Part shown: positions 19,555-29,380 of the stretch, piece by piece
How positions within the stretch are numbered: the stretch's first letter is position 1
Layout of the letters: each line of letters opens with the position of its first letter
Origin: Bacillota bacterium
Lineage (GTDB): Bacteria > Bacillota > JAAYKD01
NCBI GenBank assembly: GCA_963666425.2
Contig: OY762825.2
Span: 2,838,650 to 2,902,649, forward strand
DNA: 64,000 bases
Reading direction: 5' to 3'
Translations under genes and position numbers: made by a program
Notes under the pieces: model-generated
Told to the model about the DNA's origin: nothing
Database searches by the model: none
The model's input: only the letters and a program-made list of their open reading frames with translations

Positions 19555-20088
19555 TTGATTGAAATCAGAAGGATTGCTGAAACTACTAAAAATGATATTA
19601 ATATTCCGAATGAACCTTTTACCTTGTGGGGAAAAATGATACCAACCTACGATGGCAATAAATGGGCGTACACAACCGAGAAATTTGATGAGAATAAAAC
19701 CAGTGAGATGGTATTTCCCGATGAAAACTACGATTTTGATCTACTAAAAAAAGAGTGCTTCTTTGTTGGAGCCTATAATGAGTGCGGAAAGTGTGTAGGA
19801 CTTGCGATTTACAGGCGGGATTTGCTTAAATATTTATATCTTGATGATTTAAAAGTATGTAAGGAGTATCGAAGCCGCGGAATCGGTATGCGATTGCTGG
19901 ATGAGGGTAAGAAAATTGCTGCCGAAAATGGTTATCAAGGCATTTTTACAATCGGTCAAGACAACAATCTTTCAGCATGTCTATTCTATATAAAATCCGG
20001 ATTTGCAATAGGTGGATTTAATACACACCTCTATCGAGGAACCAAGCAAGCCAACAAGAGTAATGTTTATTTTTACATCGATGTCTAA
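19555..20088 (+). CDS. GNAT acetyltransferase, streptothricin-acetyltransferase-like
   Basis: YLYLDDLKV..YRSRGIG, GQDNNLSACLFYIKSGF.IGGFNT.LY. Confidence 0.75.
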   Translation: MIEIRRIAETTKNDINIPNEPFTLWGKMIPTYDGNKWAYTTEKFDENKTSEMVFPDENYDFDLLKKECFFVGAYNECGKCVGLAIYRRDLLKYLYLDDLKVCKEYRSRGIGMRLLDEGKKIAAENGYQGIFTIGQDNNLSACLFYIKSGFAIGGFNTHLYRGTKQANKSNVYFYIDV

Positions 20089-20218
20089 ATTTTACACTGC
20101 TTCAGTATAGCGATGAATTCCAGTTTGCTGTTGTGTTTTCATACTGGCACTGCCGGAGAAGGTAAAGTGAGTAATCTATTTAAGTAAGAAGCGTTTATAT
20201 TGTGTGAGGAGGATTTAT

Positions 20219-21136
20219 ATGAAAGCAATTGTGGAGATGCTAAATAAGAACTATCCCTTTGAGATAGACCGCATTGAATTACTGCGTGATATGGGGAGTA
20301 CGTCTTACACCGCATTTTCCGGCAGCAATAAATACTTCTTGCGCGCAATTAAGCCTGCGCTTCTTGACACAGCGGTTATCGGTACCAACATTCAAGTGTT
20401 TTTGCAAAAGCAAGGCTTTCCGGTGCCGCCGATTATCTTTACAAATGATGACTTACATTATGTAAAAGATGAAAACGGACTGTTCATTCTATATGAGTTT
20501 ATTGAGGGTAACGACTGCAATCCGGAGCAGGACGCGGAAGCCATCGGAGCGCTGGTGGGCAGGCTTCACAAAGAAATGAAAATCTATACCGGTGAGCTTG
20601 TTCAACGGGACAAGCATTTTTACATTGGAAGATATATTGAAATTCTGCGGAAAAAAGGATATCCCAGAATAGATGAATACTCAAAATATGGTGATGATCT
20701 TTGGGACGAAATCAAGGAATTGCCACGAGGATATTGCCATGGCGATCTGTATGAGGGTAATATACGAAAAGGATCTGACGGTAAGTTATATATACATGAT
20801 TTTGATACCTCCTGCGAAGGTTTTCCGATGTATGACCCAACTTTGATCTGTGATATGACCAAATATTTTGATTTTGATGAGAGCAATTTTGATCGGTCAA
20901 ACAAAGTGTTTTCCAGGTTTCTATCAGAATACAAAAAATACATTCCCCTTAGTCAAGCGGAAATAGATGCCTTTCATGCCTTGATTGCCATACAACATTT
21001 CTCTACCCAAGCTACGGTGATGGAGATATTTGGCATTGATTGTATTGTCGCTACAGATATGGACAATCAACTTGAGTGGCTGTACCGGTGGCGCCAACAA
21101 TGTGCCAGGGGAACGGGGGTATTGGCACAGAGTTGA
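20219..21136 (+). CDS. APH/homoserine kinase type II-like phosphotransferase; reads through the 29-bp site
   Basis: GYCHGDLYEGN, IHDFD. Confidence 0.85.
   Translation: MKAIVEMLNKNYPFEIDRIELLRDMGSTSYTAFSGSNKYFLRAIKPALLDTAVIGTNIQVFLQKQGFPVPPIIFTNDDLHYVKDENGLFILYEFIEGNDCNPEQDAEAIGALVGRLHKEMKIYTGELVQRDKHFYIGRYIEILRKKGYPRIDEYSKYGDDLWDEIKELPRGYCHGDLYEGNIRKGSDGKLYIHDFDTSCEGFPMYDPTLICDMTKYFDFDESNFDRSNKVFSRFLSEYKKYIPLSQAEIDAFHALIAIQHFSTQATVMEIFGIDCIVATDMDNQLEWLYRWRQQCARGTGVLAQS
21101..21129 (+). repeat. 29-bp site copy
   Basis: TGTGCCAGGGGAACGGGGGTATTGGCACA. Confidence 0.9.
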
Positions 21137-21648
21137 AAAGTCTCGGTTTATGCTGAGATTCGCAACATCATCAGTATCTGGATTGCATCCCGATCAAACA
21201 TGTTTCTTTTCAGCTGCAACCCGAATCCGCTGTCAATCGGCACCGTACTTCTGCGCGGATTGGGTTATCAAGTGTCACTGGCCAACCGATTGATCTGGTT
21301 CCATGATGACGCAGGTTGTAACAGTGAATAAGGAAATATGGATTAGAATCCTGAAAAACTATAATCTGGTGCATCCGGAGGATGTGAAACCGGCTTATCC
21401 GAAAAAAAGAAAAAGCGATGAAAGAGGCACCTGAGCATTTTAGAACGATTTATAAAAATATAATAATCAATATAGGATATGGCTTTATTGAATTTTCAAT
21501 AAGGTTTAATTCCGTAATAGAATATAATTAATCTAGTTTTGGTAAATAGCCTAATTTTCTGTGCTGATGCGAGAGAATATATGATATTTCTTTCTATGCA
21601 ACGTGCTGGATATAGCAGAGATTTTATATAGATCAGAAGGAGTCTTAA

Positions 21649-22341
21649 GTGATAGAACTACTCAAAACAAAAAAAGCTATTTTCTTTGATGTGGGATATA
21701 CGCTTGATTATCCCGCTTCGGGCGATTGGATGTTTACAAATAAATTCTACGAACTGGCGGGCGAGAAGTATTATAAGTACGGCGAAGCTGAAATACAAAA
21801 CGCGAGGAACAGAAGCTTTGAATATCTCGAAAAAAACCATCTTGTGAGGAGTCTTGAAGAGGAATATAATCAGTTTGCATATTTCTATGGCGAGATATCT
21901 CGAATTCTCGACCTTGGACTTACAGAAATTGAGATAAGAGAGATTGCTCACGATCGTACTTACAATATGAAAAATTACATATTCTATCCAAATGTTGCTG
22001 AAATATTGGAAACACTTAGTAAAACGCATAAGCTCGGTGTTATTTCAGATACTTGGCCGAGTATAGAGCAGCAGCTTCAATCGATTGGTATTCTTGACTA
22101 TTTTTCAGTAAGCACTTATAGCTGTTTCGTCGGAGCTTTCAAACCCGATAAACGCATGTACCTAGATGCCCTTGGGAAAATGGGATTTCCCGCTGAGGAT
22201 ACAGTATTTATTGACGACAGTCGACAAAATCTAGAGAGTGCCGCGGCGTTCGGTATAACGCCTATACTAATCGCTGCAAACCCTGCTTCAGACATTGATG
22301 TACCTTTTTTGAAAATTCATTCTCTTAAAGAGCTTTTGTAA
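21649..22341 (+). CDS. HAD-superfamily hydrolase
   Basis: IFFDVGYTL, ISD, KPD..Y, FIDD. Confidence 0.88.
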   Translation: MIELLKTKKAIFFDVGYTLDYPASGDWMFTNKFYELAGEKYYKYGEAEIQNARNRSFEYLEKNHLVRSLEEEYNQFAYFYGEISRILDLGLTEIEIREIAHDRTYNMKNYIFYPNVAEILETLSKTHKLGVISDTWPSIEQQLQSIGILDYFSVSTYSCFVGAFKPDKRMYLDALGKMGFPAEDTVFIDDSRQNLESAAAFGITPILIAANPASDIDVPFLKIHSLKELL

Positions 22342-22808
22342 TTAAAGAAATCCCTTCCGAATCGATCAAAGGTTCAGGAAAAGCAAGGCGAGAAAGCCAA
22401 AAAGAATTATGAGATCACTTATTTATCTTCATAACCAGTGTCATACGCGACGTGGATTTATGAGGGTGTTAGGTGTACTATGGAGTAAATGGGAGAAAAT
22501 GAAAATGAGAAATGTTGTATCTTTGGAGAATTTGACAAGGAGATTTGGTCAATCTGTAATATATATAACAATAAATAGAACTAATGATTTATAGATACGA
22601 ATATGTATATGTCATTTATTAATTCAAACATTTATCTCATGGGTTTTTAACCCAATTCCTGAATTCCTGCATTATCAAACTGTTATAGTTGATAATGGAT
22701 TTTTAAAAAAAGGTGAAACAAAAAGATGGAAAGCATAGAGTGGAAAAAACAGAAGCACCACATACTGAAAGGTGAGACAATTGAACTTGTTCCAGTGCAA
22801 AAGAAGAT

Positions 22809-23288
22809 ATGGGTTTTATCTGTATTGAAGAAACTGATACAAAATTATGGCAATATGAAGAATATATAGAAACCGACAAAAAATGCATTCTGAAAAAGTT
22901 TACTGATAGAATTGATCAAGATAATGTTTTTGATTTTATTGTTAAACTCAATGTAGATGGTCAAGCAATAGGAATAGTATATATATGGAAATATAGTTTG
23001 AACCGAAAGAGTTGGGAAATTGGATATGCTATATTACCTGAATATCAAGGTAATGGATATTGTTTAGAAAGTGTAAAGCGATTATTATCATTTGCTTTTG
23101 ATGAATTGGATGCCCATAAAGTGGTAGGTATGTGCCATAGTGATAATATTAAATCGGCTTCAGTAATGCAAAAAGCAGGAATGTCAAAACAAGGAATATT
23201 TAGAGAAGAATATTTATGTCAAGGCAAGTGGGTAGACCAATTCTATTTTAGTATTTTAGAACGAGAATATGATAATAATCGAATTTAG
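22809..23288 (+). CDS. GNAT acetyltransferase, RimJ/RimL type (start uncertain)
   Basis: WEIGYAILPEYQGNGY, NIKSASVMQKAGM. Confidence 0.82.
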   Translation: MGFICIEETDTKLWQYEEYIETDKKCILKKFTDRIDQDNVFDFIVKLNVDGQAIGIVYIWKYSLNRKSWEIGYAILPEYQGNGYCLESVKRLLSFAFDELDAHKVVGMCHSDNIKSASVMQKAGMSKQGIFREEYLCQGKWVDQFYFSILEREYDNNRI

Positions 23289-23568
23289 TTTTTAATCTAC
23301 AGGATCCGTCAAAAGTTTTGCGCTTTTTCTAGCTGTTATTACGAAACCGAGTCGTTTTCATACAAACAGTGCTGCGATCCTGTCATACTGCTTAATTCCG
23401 CATTTCAAATTACATTAACGCCTTTGCAACGGGATTTGCTGCTGGACGGAGAATGGAAGAAACCGATTATACAGGTTTGGAACAGGATACCGGGTTTTCC
23501 TTTGATGATTACGCGCCGCGTAGAGCGAAGTGGTTTCCGCAGCCGCTTTGCGTGAAAGAGAGGAAGTT

Positions 23569-24375
23569 ATGAAGAAACTCGTTTTTATCGAAGGGGTATC
23601 AGGTGTAGGCAAATCCACCACGGTAATGAAGCTTTGTGATGCTTTGAATGGCCACGGCTTTCGGTCTGTCTGTCATTTGGAAGGCGATACGGATAATCCT
23701 GTGGATTTCTTTCACTGTGCTTATTTGACAAAAATAGAGTTTTCTCAGTTGTTGCAGAATTATCCGAGCGATACATGCGTGCTGAAGAATAACAGCATTT
23801 CAGAAGCCGATTATGTGCTTGTCCGTTATGGTAACCGCAACACAACCTATTTCACCCCACCGCTTTTCGATGTATTAAAAATGTATGAGGGGTTTTATAA
23901 ACCCATAAAGCTGATTGCCATTGAACAATATACAAAAGTTTTTACTGACAGTTGGCGACGATTTTTACGGCAAGATCAAGGTAACACAGACTTTGTGATT
24001 GTTGACGGCAGCTTTCTCTATCATCGTGCCAATGATCTGATACAGAATTACAATGCTACTGATGAAATGATTGCTGCACACCTGAAAACATTGCTTTCGG
24101 CGATGTTGCCATACACTCCGCTTCTCTTCTACCTTTCTTCAAATGATGTCGGTGCGCAGCTGATTCGAGCGCGAGAAAGCCGCGGACAAGCTACGGCAAC
24201 CAAAGCTCAAATTGCTTTTGAGACAGTGAGAAAAAACCGGCAAACTCAAGTATTGAAATTGCTGCCTATACATGCACATATCATCGACATCTCAGACGGT
24301 TGGGAAAACGCGATTAATGATATGCTGGGTATTATCTTGTGCCAAGGGGACGGGGGTGTTGGCACAACTGGATAA
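23569..24375 (+). CDS. P-loop NTPase/kinase-like protein; reads through the 29-bp site
   Basis: FIEGVSGVGKST; RBS GAGGAAG. Confidence 0.7.
   Translation: MKKLVFIEGVSGVGKSTTVMKLCDALNGHGFRSVCHLEGDTDNPVDFFHCAYLTKIEFSQLLQNYPSDTCVLKNNSISEADYVLVRYGNRNTTYFTPPLFDVLKMYEGFYKPIKLIAIEQYTKVFTDSWRRFLRQDQGNTDFVIVDGSFLYHRANDLIQNYNATDEMIAAHLKTLLSAMLPYTPLLFYLSSNDVGAQLIRARESRGQATATKAQIAFETVRKNRQTQVLKLLPIHAHIIDISDGWENAINDMLGIILCQGDGGVGTTG
24338..24366 (+). repeat. 29-bp site copy (perfect arms)
   Basis: TGTGCCAAGGGGACGGGGGTGTTGGCACA. Confidence 0.95.
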
Positions 24376-24512
24376 GCTAGGCTTAAATTGAGATTCGTGT
24401 CATCTGCAGAATCCGGATTGCAACTCGTGACGCGAAGTGTCTAGGTATCCATCATAACCTTGTATAGGCCGGGTAATGATGATGATAAACTTGAATTTAT
24501 GGGAGATGTGTT

Positions 24513-24971
24513 ATGAGCAGTTATATTATGGACCTGAGAAAGAGGATAGGACATCAGACAATTATCATGTGTGGAGCAAGCATCATTATTGTTGATCAAA
24601 ATGGGCAAATGCTTCTGGGAAAAAGAACCGACAATCATCAATGGGGATACTTTGGCGGTTCCGTAGAAATTGATGAAAAGGTTGAAGAGTGTGCGAAGCG
24701 TGAACTTTATGAGGAAACAGGGTTAACAGCGGATTCGCTGGAGTATTTTATGGTTAACTCAGGCCCTGAAGCACATTATCGATATCCAAATGGTGATGAG
24801 GTTGCCAATGTTGAAATTGTGTATATATGTAGGAATTATCATGGTGAACTGAAGCAACAGGATGAAGAAATAGAGAAATTAAAGTTTTTTGCAATAACTG
24901 AAATAAAAATTGACGAAATATCTCCGCCAATTCGACCGGTTATAAGAAAGTATATTGAAACATACAAATAG
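24513..24971 (+). CDS. NUDIX hydrolase
   Basis: GGSVEIDEKVEECAKRELYEETG. Confidence 0.92.
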   Translation: MSSYIMDLRKRIGHQTIIMCGASIIIVDQNGQMLLGKRTDNHQWGYFGGSVEIDEKVEECAKRELYEETGLTADSLEYFMVNSGPEAHYRYPNGDEVANVEIVYICRNYHGELKQQDEEIEKLKFFAITEIKIDEISPPIRPVIRKYIETYK

Positions 24972-25144
24972 CAGTATCTTTTCAAAAGTAGGCGCGAAGC
25001 GGCTGATGGTTTTTCTTTGACGAGAACCTGATATACTTTCATAATATACAGTAAAATGTATTTGAAGTGGAATAGGGCACTACCTGCTATGGAGACGGTT
25101 TGCGTGACCGCCAAGCGATAGAATAGATAGTTGGAGGCTGAACA

Positions 25145-25702
25145 ATGCCAAGAGGAATCGTGATTTTTGGTTCTGCCGGTTCGGGAAAGACAACACTCGG
25201 CAAGATGGCAGCCCAAGCGCTGTCTTTTCCGTATTTCGATCTTGACGACTATATCTGGAGAAAAGATACTGCCGAGCCTTATACGGTTATGTATTCGCGT
25301 GAGGAGAAAGCCAGTCGGCTGATGGAAGCTATCTCAAGAGACGAACATTTTGTCATGGCTGGATCGATGGATAGTTTTCATGCTCCGTTCGACCCACTGT
25401 TTGAGCTTGCGGTTCACTTAACAGCCGATCAGGATATCCGCCTTGCTCGTGTCAATCAGCGGGCACAGGAACAATTCGGTGATAGGATTCTTGAAGGAGG
25501 AGATCTCTTTCAAAATCATCTGCGTTTTCTAGACAGTGTAGCCCGCTACGATACGGACGGTTCGCCGAATCTGAAAACCCATACCGAGTGGGCAAATACG
25601 CTTGTATGCGAGGTCCTTCGGCTGAACGGTGCAAGCCAGCTCACAAAAAACTGTGACATCATTGTCAAGGCGTATCATCGGATAGTGAATTCTAAGATAT
25701 AA
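25145..25702 (+). CDS. P-loop kinase (shikimate/adenylate kinase-like)
   Basis: IFGSAGSGKTT, FDLDDYIW. Confidence 0.8.
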   Translation: MPRGIVIFGSAGSGKTTLGKMAAQALSFPYFDLDDYIWRKDTAEPYTVMYSREEKASRLMEAISRDEHFVMAGSMDSFHAPFDPLFELAVHLTADQDIRLARVNQRAQEQFGDRILEGGDLFQNHLRFLDSVARYDTDGSPNLKTHTEWANTLVCEVLRLNGASQLTKNCDIIVKAYHRIVNSKI

Positions 25703-25737
25703 ACAAAGATAAATAATAACAGGCCAAAGGAGTATGA

Positions 25738-26184
25738 ATGATAGAGATTTTTGCAATAACGCAGGAGCATAGATTATGGAAAGATACGATTGAATTTGCG
25801 GATCATTGTTCTTGGAAGGCCGGAGCCTTTTTGGCAGCGAAGATGAGAGAAAATGCGTTTTGTGCCTGGGAAAGAGTCTTTATCTCTTGCGTCGATGGGA
25901 AAATAGTTGGTTTTTCTACATTGGCTGCAAAGGATGAGCTTCCGGAAGGCTTTGAATTTACCCCCTTTATTGGATTTATATTTGTTGATGAGAAGTATCG
26001 TGGCCACAGATTATCAAAATTAATGATTGATACCGCTGCTGAATATGCTGATGAATTAGGATATGAAAAAGTATATCTTATGAGCGGTGAAATTGGCTTG
26101 TACGAAAAATATGGCTTTGTAAAATTGGGAGATTATGAGACGATCTATGGTTCGGTTGACCAACTCTTTGTAAAATCAATCTGA
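25738..26184 (+). CDS. GNAT acetyltransferase; stop codon is the first 3 nt of the site
   Basis: FIFVDEKYRGHRLS, LYEKYGF. Confidence 0.88.
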   Translation: MIEIFAITQEHRLWKDTIEFADHCSWKAGAFLAAKMRENAFCAWERVFISCVDGKIVGFSTLAAKDELPEGFEFTPFIGFIFVDEKYRGHRLSKLMIDTAAEYADELGYEKVYLMSGEIGLYEKYGFVKLGDYETIYGSVDQLFVKSI

Positions 26185-26210
26185 GCCAAGGGGACGGGGG
26201 TATTGGCACA
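26182..26210 (+). repeat. 29-bp site copy
   Basis: TGAGCCAAGGGGACGGGGGTATTGGCACA. Confidence 0.92.
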
Positions 26211-26300
26211 GATTGTCTCATACTGAGATTCAAAGAATAGATTAGCTTTTCAGGTTAGAGATCAGATTGAATGTAACTGCAATATGCAAGAGGAGATAAG

Positions 26301-27020
26301 ATGAGCTATCAAATACTTCTTTTCGATTTAGATGATACATTATTGGATTTTGAGGCGAATGAAACGGATTCGTTAAATCAATTGTTTCTGCAAAACGGTT
26401 CTGTCTTTTCGGAAGAGCTGTTCCAACTCTATCATTCTGTTAACAAACAATTATGGGCTGCGTATGAAAACGGAACTATTGCCCTAGAAGACGTACTAAA
26501 CTCCAGGTTTTCTAAAACCATGTCACTATTAGGGAAAGATGTAAATGGCATAGAATGGGAAAGTCAATATCGGGAGCTGCTGGGAAATGGCTGTCAGCTG
26601 ATCGATGGAGCCTTTGAGATATGCCAGAGCTTATCCACAAGCCATAGATTGTTTATCGTCACGAACGGTGTAACCAAAACACAAATAAAACGATTGAAGC
26701 ACTCGGGTTTATATGGGTTTTTTGAGGATATTTTTACTTCACAGAACATTGGATTCCAAAAGCCTTCAAAAGAATATTTTGAATATGTTAAGAGTCATAT
26801 TCAGAATTTTTGTCTCGAAAAGGCACTCTTGATTGGAGATTCGCTGAATAGCGATATCAAAGGCGGGCTTCTGGCGGGAATGGACACCTGTTGGCTGAAC
26901 AGAAAGGCACAAAAATGCTCCGCGGATATTCACAGTACTTACACGATCACAAGCTTAGCGGAACTATATCCCATCTGTGCGTGTACCAGGGGGACGGGGT
27001 GTTGGCACAAAGTTGGATAA
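26301..27020 (+). CDS. YjjG-like HAD nucleotidase; reads through the site
   Basis: LLFDLDDTLLDF, VTNG, KPSKEYF, IGDSLNSDIKGG. Confidence 0.9.
   Translation: MSYQILLFDLDDTLLDFEANETDSLNQLFLQNGSVFSEELFQLYHSVNKQLWAAYENGTIALEDVLNSRFSKTMSLLGKDVNGIEWESQYRELLGNGCQLIDGAFEICQSLSTSHRLFIVTNGVTKTQIKRLKHSGLYGFFEDIFTSQNIGFQKPSKEYFEYVKSHIQNFCLEKALLIGDSLNSDIKGGLLAGMDTCWLNRKAQKCSADIHSTYTITSLAELYPICACTRGTGCWHKVG
26982..27009 (+). repeat. 29-bp site copy (28-nt variant)
   Basis: TGTACCAGGGGGACGGGGTGTTGGCACA. Confidence 0.9.
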
Positions 27021-27223
27021 TCTAGCTTTGTTTTGGGAACCAAAAAAACACCTTCAGTATCCAACCTGCAATTTGACCGAATATATCTCAGCAAAAGAAT
27101 CAGCAACATTTGACCGCGCTCGTTTTTCGTCACTGCTGCACTAATTTTCCAATCCAACTGCACGGTTTCAGCCGATGTAATCAAAACAGGAAGTTGTAGG
27201 GAGGATTATTTAGATTTGATGAG

Positions 27224-27532
27224 GTGAACAAAATGAAAACTATAACAATTTGTGGTAGTATGAAATTTGCAGAGAAAATGAAACAGATAGCTTGGAGACT
27301 GGAGGTTGAAAAGGGGTTCAATGTACTTCAATGTATCTATAATGAGCAGAATGAGCCTATAACTGACGAGGCACAGAAGCGTCTTGCTGCAGCACATTAT
27401 AGAAAAATCGATATTTGTGATGCCATCTATATTGTTGATATTGATGGTTATATTGGCACATCGGTTACTGATGAAATTTTATATGCAAAAGAGAACGGAA
27501 AAGAACTTATTTTTCACAGCAGACAGTCTTAA
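27224..27532 (+). CDS. Hypothetical protein, nucleoside 2-deoxyribosyltransferase-like fold
   Basis: ITICGSMKF..H.RKIDICDAIYIVD.DGYIG.S...EI.YA. Confidence 0.55.
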   Translation: MNKMKTITICGSMKFAEKMKQIAWRLEVEKGFNVLQCIYNEQNEPITDEAQKRLAAAHYRKIDICDAIYIVDIDGYIGTSVTDEILYAKENGKELIFHSRQS

Positions 27533-27689
27533 ATAACTTCATGTAATGGGCATAACACGAAGTTCACAAATGCCAAATTGAAGATGAGGGATAGTTTCGA
27601 TACAAAGGAAGGAAAAATTTTTTTGCTTCAACCTTTGCAGAAAATCCTGAATCAATAGCAGAATTGATCAATCTACGCTTTAAGACCTA

Positions 27690-27718
27690 TGTTCCAGGGG
27701 GACGGGGGTGTTGGCACA
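27690..27718 (+). repeat. 29-bp site copy
   Basis: TGTTCCAGGGGGACGGGGGTGTTGGCACA. Confidence 0.95.
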
Positions 27719-27991
27719 GAGTTAGATATAGTCTAGGTTATGCTGAGAGCCGAAAACACCTTCAGTATCCTATGCGAAACTCGATCAAAAAAGTTGCTTT
27801 TCAGCAGCAACCAAAATAGTAAGACGCGGCAAAGCGATTTAGGTGTGAGTGTTTCGTGAGTGGTCGGGTTCGCGAGTGGCCAATTTAGTTTTTTTACCGG
27901 GGTTGAGAGAACAGATTAGTTATTGTCGCGTATTTGTTTCTAACCAAGAAATCTTAAAGCACCATAAGTCGATGAAAGAGGGCAGGCGATC

Positions 27992-28951
27992 ATGGATTAT
28001 CAGAAGCTATTGGAATACAGCGATAATTGGTTGAAATATGCGATCCGGCTCAATTTACAATTTGAGCCTAAGGATAATCTGGTCGAACTCAGAGATGCAG
28101 CATTAGCGGATAGCCGCATCCAATACTATCTTAATAGTATTCAGGCCTTTCATACAACGCTGGTAACAAATCATAAAAATCCAGATCTACCAATTCAAAA
28201 ACTGCTGTTTTTACTTGACTTGGGATTCGGTGTTGACGTTCCGGAAATCAAAGCGGCTGTTGACGAAATTCTAAAACATCGGGATGAGCACGGTATTTAT
28301 CAATCCATGACCAATGTGCCAAAGCATTATGGCGGTAGAGGCGAAGATGTATTTAGTTGGTGCCTGTGTGATGCTCCTTTGCTATTGCTAGCTTTATTAA
28401 AGGCGGGCATGGATTATCAAGAATACATCAAACCCGGTGTTGATTACCTGGTATTAATAAATCGTGAGAACGGGTTTCCTTGTACAGTCTCCCCGGAACT
28501 AGGCAGATTTCGTGGTCCCGGGAAAAAAGACGACTGCTGTTCCTATGCAACACTGATAATGGCTGATTTATTATCAAATATACCGGAGTATCAGGACTCC
28601 CAAGTTGTGGCTTCCTCAGTAAATTCGCTGCTTGATTTATGGGAAAATAGTATGGGACAACATCCCTATATGTTCTATATGGGAACAGACTTCCGAAAGC
28701 TGAAGGCACCGTCCTGTTGGTATGATATTGTAAGCGTAGCTGGAGTTTTAAGTAAACACCAGTTTGCAAGACGCGACTCACGTTTTATGGAAATGATAGC
28801 AATCATAAAAGACAAACAAGATAAAAGCGGCTTTTTCACGCCGGAATCGGCCTACCTGAAAATGAAAGATTGGGATTTTGGACAAAAGAAAACGCCGTCC
28901 CCATATTTGACCTATTTATGTCTTCGCATTTTCAAACGTTTAGAGCATTAA
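27992..28951 (+). CDS. Hypothetical protein, possibly terpenoid cyclase/prenyltransferase alpha-barrel fold
   Basis: 319-aa ORF with RBS; KQDKSGFF-type repeat; stop abuts the site. Confidence 0.6.
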   Translation: MDYQKLLEYSDNWLKYAIRLNLQFEPKDNLVELRDAALADSRIQYYLNSIQAFHTTLVTNHKNPDLPIQKLLFLLDLGFGVDVPEIKAAVDEILKHRDEHGIYQSMTNVPKHYGGRGEDVFSWCLCDAPLLLLALLKAGMDYQEYIKPGVDYLVLINRENGFPCTVSPELGRFRGPGKKDDCCSYATLIMADLLSNIPEYQDSQVVASSVNSLLDLWENSMGQHPYMFYMGTDFRKLKAPSCWYDIVSVAGVLSKHQFARRDSRFMEMIAIIKDKQDKSGFFTPESAYLKMKDWDFGQKKTPSPYLTYLCLRIFKRLEH

Positions 28952-28980
28952 TGTTCCAGGGGGACGGGGGTGTTGGCACA
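28952..28980 (+). repeat. 29-bp site copy
   Basis: TGTTCCAGGGGGACGGGGGTGTTGGCACA directly after TAA. Confidence 0.95.
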
Positions 28981-28990
28981 GAGTTGAATA

Positions 28991-29230
28991 ATTTTTGGTT
29001 CTGCCGGTTCGGGGAAGACTACACTTGGCAAGATGGTAGCCACAGCGATGTCTTTTCCGTATTTCGATCTTGACGACTATATCTGGAGAAAAGATACTGC
29101 CGAACCCTATACTGTGATGTTTTCACGTGAAGAGAAAGCCAATCGGTTAATGGAAGCGATCTCAGGAGAGGAGCATTTTGTTATGGCTGGATCGATGGAT
29201 AGCTTCCATTCTCCGTTTGATCCGCTGTTT
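28991..29230 (+). pseudogene. Partial diverged copy of the 25145 kinase gene
   Basis: ATTTTTGGTTCTGCCGGTTCGGG...FDPLF aligns to about 25163-25402; no start codon, frameshifted. Confidence 0.85.
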
Positions 29231-29380
29231 TGGCTTTCTTGCAGGCGAGACAAGGTTATGTATATGCTAATCTAAATGTTGACCAGTTTAGCACCGAATG
29301 CTAAACGAAAAGTTGACCACCTTGAGCCCCTTTCCTGTTATGATGTATTTGCGAGAAACATCAAGCAGGAGGAAAGGAAA

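Noticed and set aside
24338-24366. G-quadruplex function of the GGGG-AC-GGGGG core
   Set aside because: Only two long G-runs, not enough for a canonical intramolecular G4; an intermolecular one cannot be judged from sequence.
26939-27184. Minus-strand ORFs across sites and leaders (26939-27184, 7879-8088, 32294-32509) as a conserved gene
   Set aside because: Frames and peptides are not conserved between leader copies and no RBS is evident; treated as non-coding.
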